Below are positions 61,674-64,000 of a stretch of DNA of 64,000 bases, piece after piece. This DNA comes from Ramazzottius varieornatus (taxonomy: Eukaryota > Animalia > Tardigrada), in NCBI GenBank assembly GCA_001949185.1, contig BDGG01000001.1, positions 7,576,149 to 7,640,148 of the forward strand. The letters are read 5' to 3'. The position numbers and the translations under genes are program-made. The number at the start of each line of letters is the position of its first letter. Position 1 is the first letter of the stretch. The notes beneath the pieces were generated by a model. The model ran no database searches. It saw only the letters and a program-made list of their open reading frames with translations, and was not told where the DNA came from.

Positions 61674-63628
61674 TCAGAACTTGAACTGGCCTTTCTTCTT
61701 CTTAGAGGCGTCCGAAGCTGCTTCTTTCTCCTTCATCTTCCTCTTATGACTCTGTGAACCAAATAAGGGTTCAATGGCAGCATGGACAAATACGTGAAGC
61801 GTCAGCTAACACTGAGCAGCGAGGCCTTCCTGCTTTTCGAGACTCTATGCGTTTCACCGTCGAGTCTTTCTCCAGGATTCGCGTGCCGACAGTTATCAGT
61901 CAGTTCAGACAACTGTCGTTCCGACTAGAGTGCTTTTTCATGTACTACCGGCAAGCGATGACAGCCTTCAAGAGCTTTTGTCGAGGTTCTGCGCATTTCA
62001 TCCTCTGGCTAACATCAAGCATCCTTACCTGTCTTGCAGTATGCTCGGCCACCATGTCACTAAAGTCTTCGGGTTTAGAGATGTTGGACTCTTCGCGCAT
62101 CCTCTGCTCTAGACGAGCTTGCATCGTCTTCTCATCCAGCCCTTGTTCCAAATCCAAAGGGTCCAAAGCAATGGCCACTCCTTCTGTACCCTTGCGTGTT
62201 TTTGCCCCAGCCTACAAGAACAAACTACTTGAAAAAGCACATCGCGGAATATAATTATGGAATATAATAATATTTGGGAGATCCGTAACAGACTCGACAA
62301 GATCGTGTTCGCAAGTCGCGCACGCTTTCAGTGTAATTAACTCAGGACGTGCGCCACTTGGATAGACGATTTTTTCCATGGGTTTGCCGAGCCTTCCTTC
62401 CGACACTGCATTGAATATGGCGCATTGACCGGTTCATATTCAAGTTCTGTGCCCAATGGCTATCGAAAGACAACTGGCTCACAGAAGGACAATGACCAGT
62501 GAAGTTATCAGTCTGAACGGGAGGATCAGTGTCCTATTGTTATCCACTTTGGATCTCCCAGTAAGAATCCCACGTGTCCCCACGCGAAATTAACTGGGCC
62601 ACAGTAATTGTTAAAGAACGTATGCGCAGCCAAGAAGTGCGCGAGAAATATTCATCGCAATATTACTGAATGGTCACTTCGGAAAGGGATAAGAAAGACT
62701 TACACCCGGAATATCGTAGACGTGAGTCGAGCCCATAACGGCATTGGCCACCTTGTCCACCTTCTTTTCCGGCAGAATAGTGTACAACTGCGGCGTCGCA
62801 TCCCTACAAAAAAAACCCGAAAACAATGTAAAGCACGGTAAATGACCTTCATCTGTGTCGAAAAATGGGACGGTCGCAATGATTTCACCAGATTGTTTTC
62901 CAAAAGGCGCACGCTCTCGGCCAACAATGAAAACGTGCGCCACTTGAAATAAAAACCTGGGGGAAATCCTTTACCGAGGTGCTAGATTACTTCGAAATGG
63001 GCAAGAGAAAATTCATACCCCGATTCCATTTCGTATTCGATCTTTCTCTTTCGCAGTTCGATAGAGTCAGGAGTTTCCAGACCAGCAGGCACGGATGAAG
63101 CTCCTCCGCTGGGTGTAATCAACCTGCCCAAAACAAGATACTTCAGACTTACCATTCCTTCAAACCTCTTCAAACTTACCCTTCAGCGGGAGTAGCTGTT
63201 CCTGTTGGGTCCACTTCCGCTCCTTCCTCGACAGCAGCACCTTCCGGTTCGGCTTCCTCTTCATACTCGGGTTCTTCCTCCGCTTCCAGTTCACCCCATG
63301 GTTCCTTCTCCACATCGGCTTCTGACAGAACAGGCTAAGGATGCAGACAACGTTTAGCAGCCAGTATACTTCATTCCAGTTTGATCGGTACGAGTACAGA
63401 AACCTACCACTTACCACGTTAGCGCCCATTGTCCCGAAGACGTCGCCATAGAGCGGTCGGCCGGTCTCATCAACAGGTGGCTTTCCCCAACCGCCAGCAT
63501 GATAGCCGAACGTGCAGCCTTCGGGTATGGGTCCGTTCAAGCCAGGGATTTTGAGGTTGGGGTAGGATGGCGGTGGACCATAACGCTGCATGGCAATCAG
63601 CCATGGCGGTGGGTACTTCAGCGCATTC
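61674..63628 (-). CDS. SF3B2: Splicing factor 3B subunit 2 (3' part; gene continues past the window end)
   Basis: PPPWLIAMQRYGPPPSYPNLKIPGLN, FGYHAGGWGKPPVDE, GLETPDSIELRK, MGSTHVYD, EDFSDMVAEH, ends KKGQFKF*. Confidence 0.96.
62275..62395. repeat. Intronic GGCGCAC palindrome family copy (SF3B2 intron)
   Basis: AAGTCGCGCAC-N25-GTGCGCCACTT. Confidence 0.8.
62885..62962. repeat. Intronic GGCGCAC palindrome family copy (SF3B2 intron)
   Basis: GGCGCAC-N22-GTGCGCCACTT. Confidence 0.75.
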
Positions 63629-63804
63629 TGTAAAAGTAAATGCACCGTTGTGTCAAACGATGCGGAAATCCCCTACCTCTACTGATACCATATCGATTGA
63701 CAAAGTAAGATTGACGTTATCAGATGTCTCACTATGTAACCTGAACCTGCTTGAGAATTTTCGAGCTATATGAATATGGAGGCTGGCAAATCCCGAGTAC
63801 AGTA

Positions 63805-63910
63805 ACCCTGCAGAAACATTAATCCAAGTGGCGCACGTTTCCAGCCAATGACAATAAACATGTGCGCCACTTGAGGTAACAATCCCGAACGTTTCGTTTG
63901 CCGACCTCTC
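63805..63910. repeat. Intronic GGCGCAC palindrome family copy (SF3B2 intron)
   Basis: AAGTGGCGCAC-N25-GTGCGCCACTT. Confidence 0.8.
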
Positions 63911-64000
63911 ATATTTCATAGCTTCACAACAAGTTTACTTTCGAAAATACGTTAACGAGGGACAGGTTTTTACCGGTCCGATTGGCATGCCTAATGCAAT

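Noticed and set aside
7477-63910. GGCGCAC repeats with fixed-length variable spacers as a CRISPR-like array or as introners
   Set aside because: The arms are inverted and dispersed rather than a direct-repeat array, no cas genes are present, and the context is eukaryotic. Element ends lie inside introns rather than at splice sites, so they do not create the introns

Overview
Eukaryotic (animal) genomic DNA with compact GT-AG introns; the species cannot be determined from sequence alone. Protein-coding genes: a coiled-coil protein with a Phe-rich tail (SIX6OS1/SYP-4-like by architecture), an ESCO/Eco1 acetyltransferase, glycogen debranching enzyme (AGL), a delta-catenin/p120-family protein, RRP36, MRPL11, a two-zinc-finger protein, GNPDA, a trypsin-like serine protease and the 3' part of SF3B2. 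Between them lie nested MITEs, pogo, MULE and Harbinger transposase relics and an AMDHD2 fragment. Two things are invisible in the ORF track. (1) About 2.55-6.43 kb is a multi-exon, apparently non-coding snoRNA host gene (UHG/GAS5-like). Most of its introns hold one box C/D snoRNA, with rRNA guides matching SNORD27, 38, 12, 18, 51/32, 46 and snR38/SNORD1, plus several orphans. (2) A ~120-bp palindromic element with core AAGTGGCGCAC-N(24-25)-GTGCGCCACTT occurs at >20 loci, nearly all intronic. Its core and spacer length are conserved while the spacer sequence diverges. Exon boundaries and repeat edges were read by eye and may be off by a few bases. rRNA target sequences and homolog names are recalled from knowledge, not searched.
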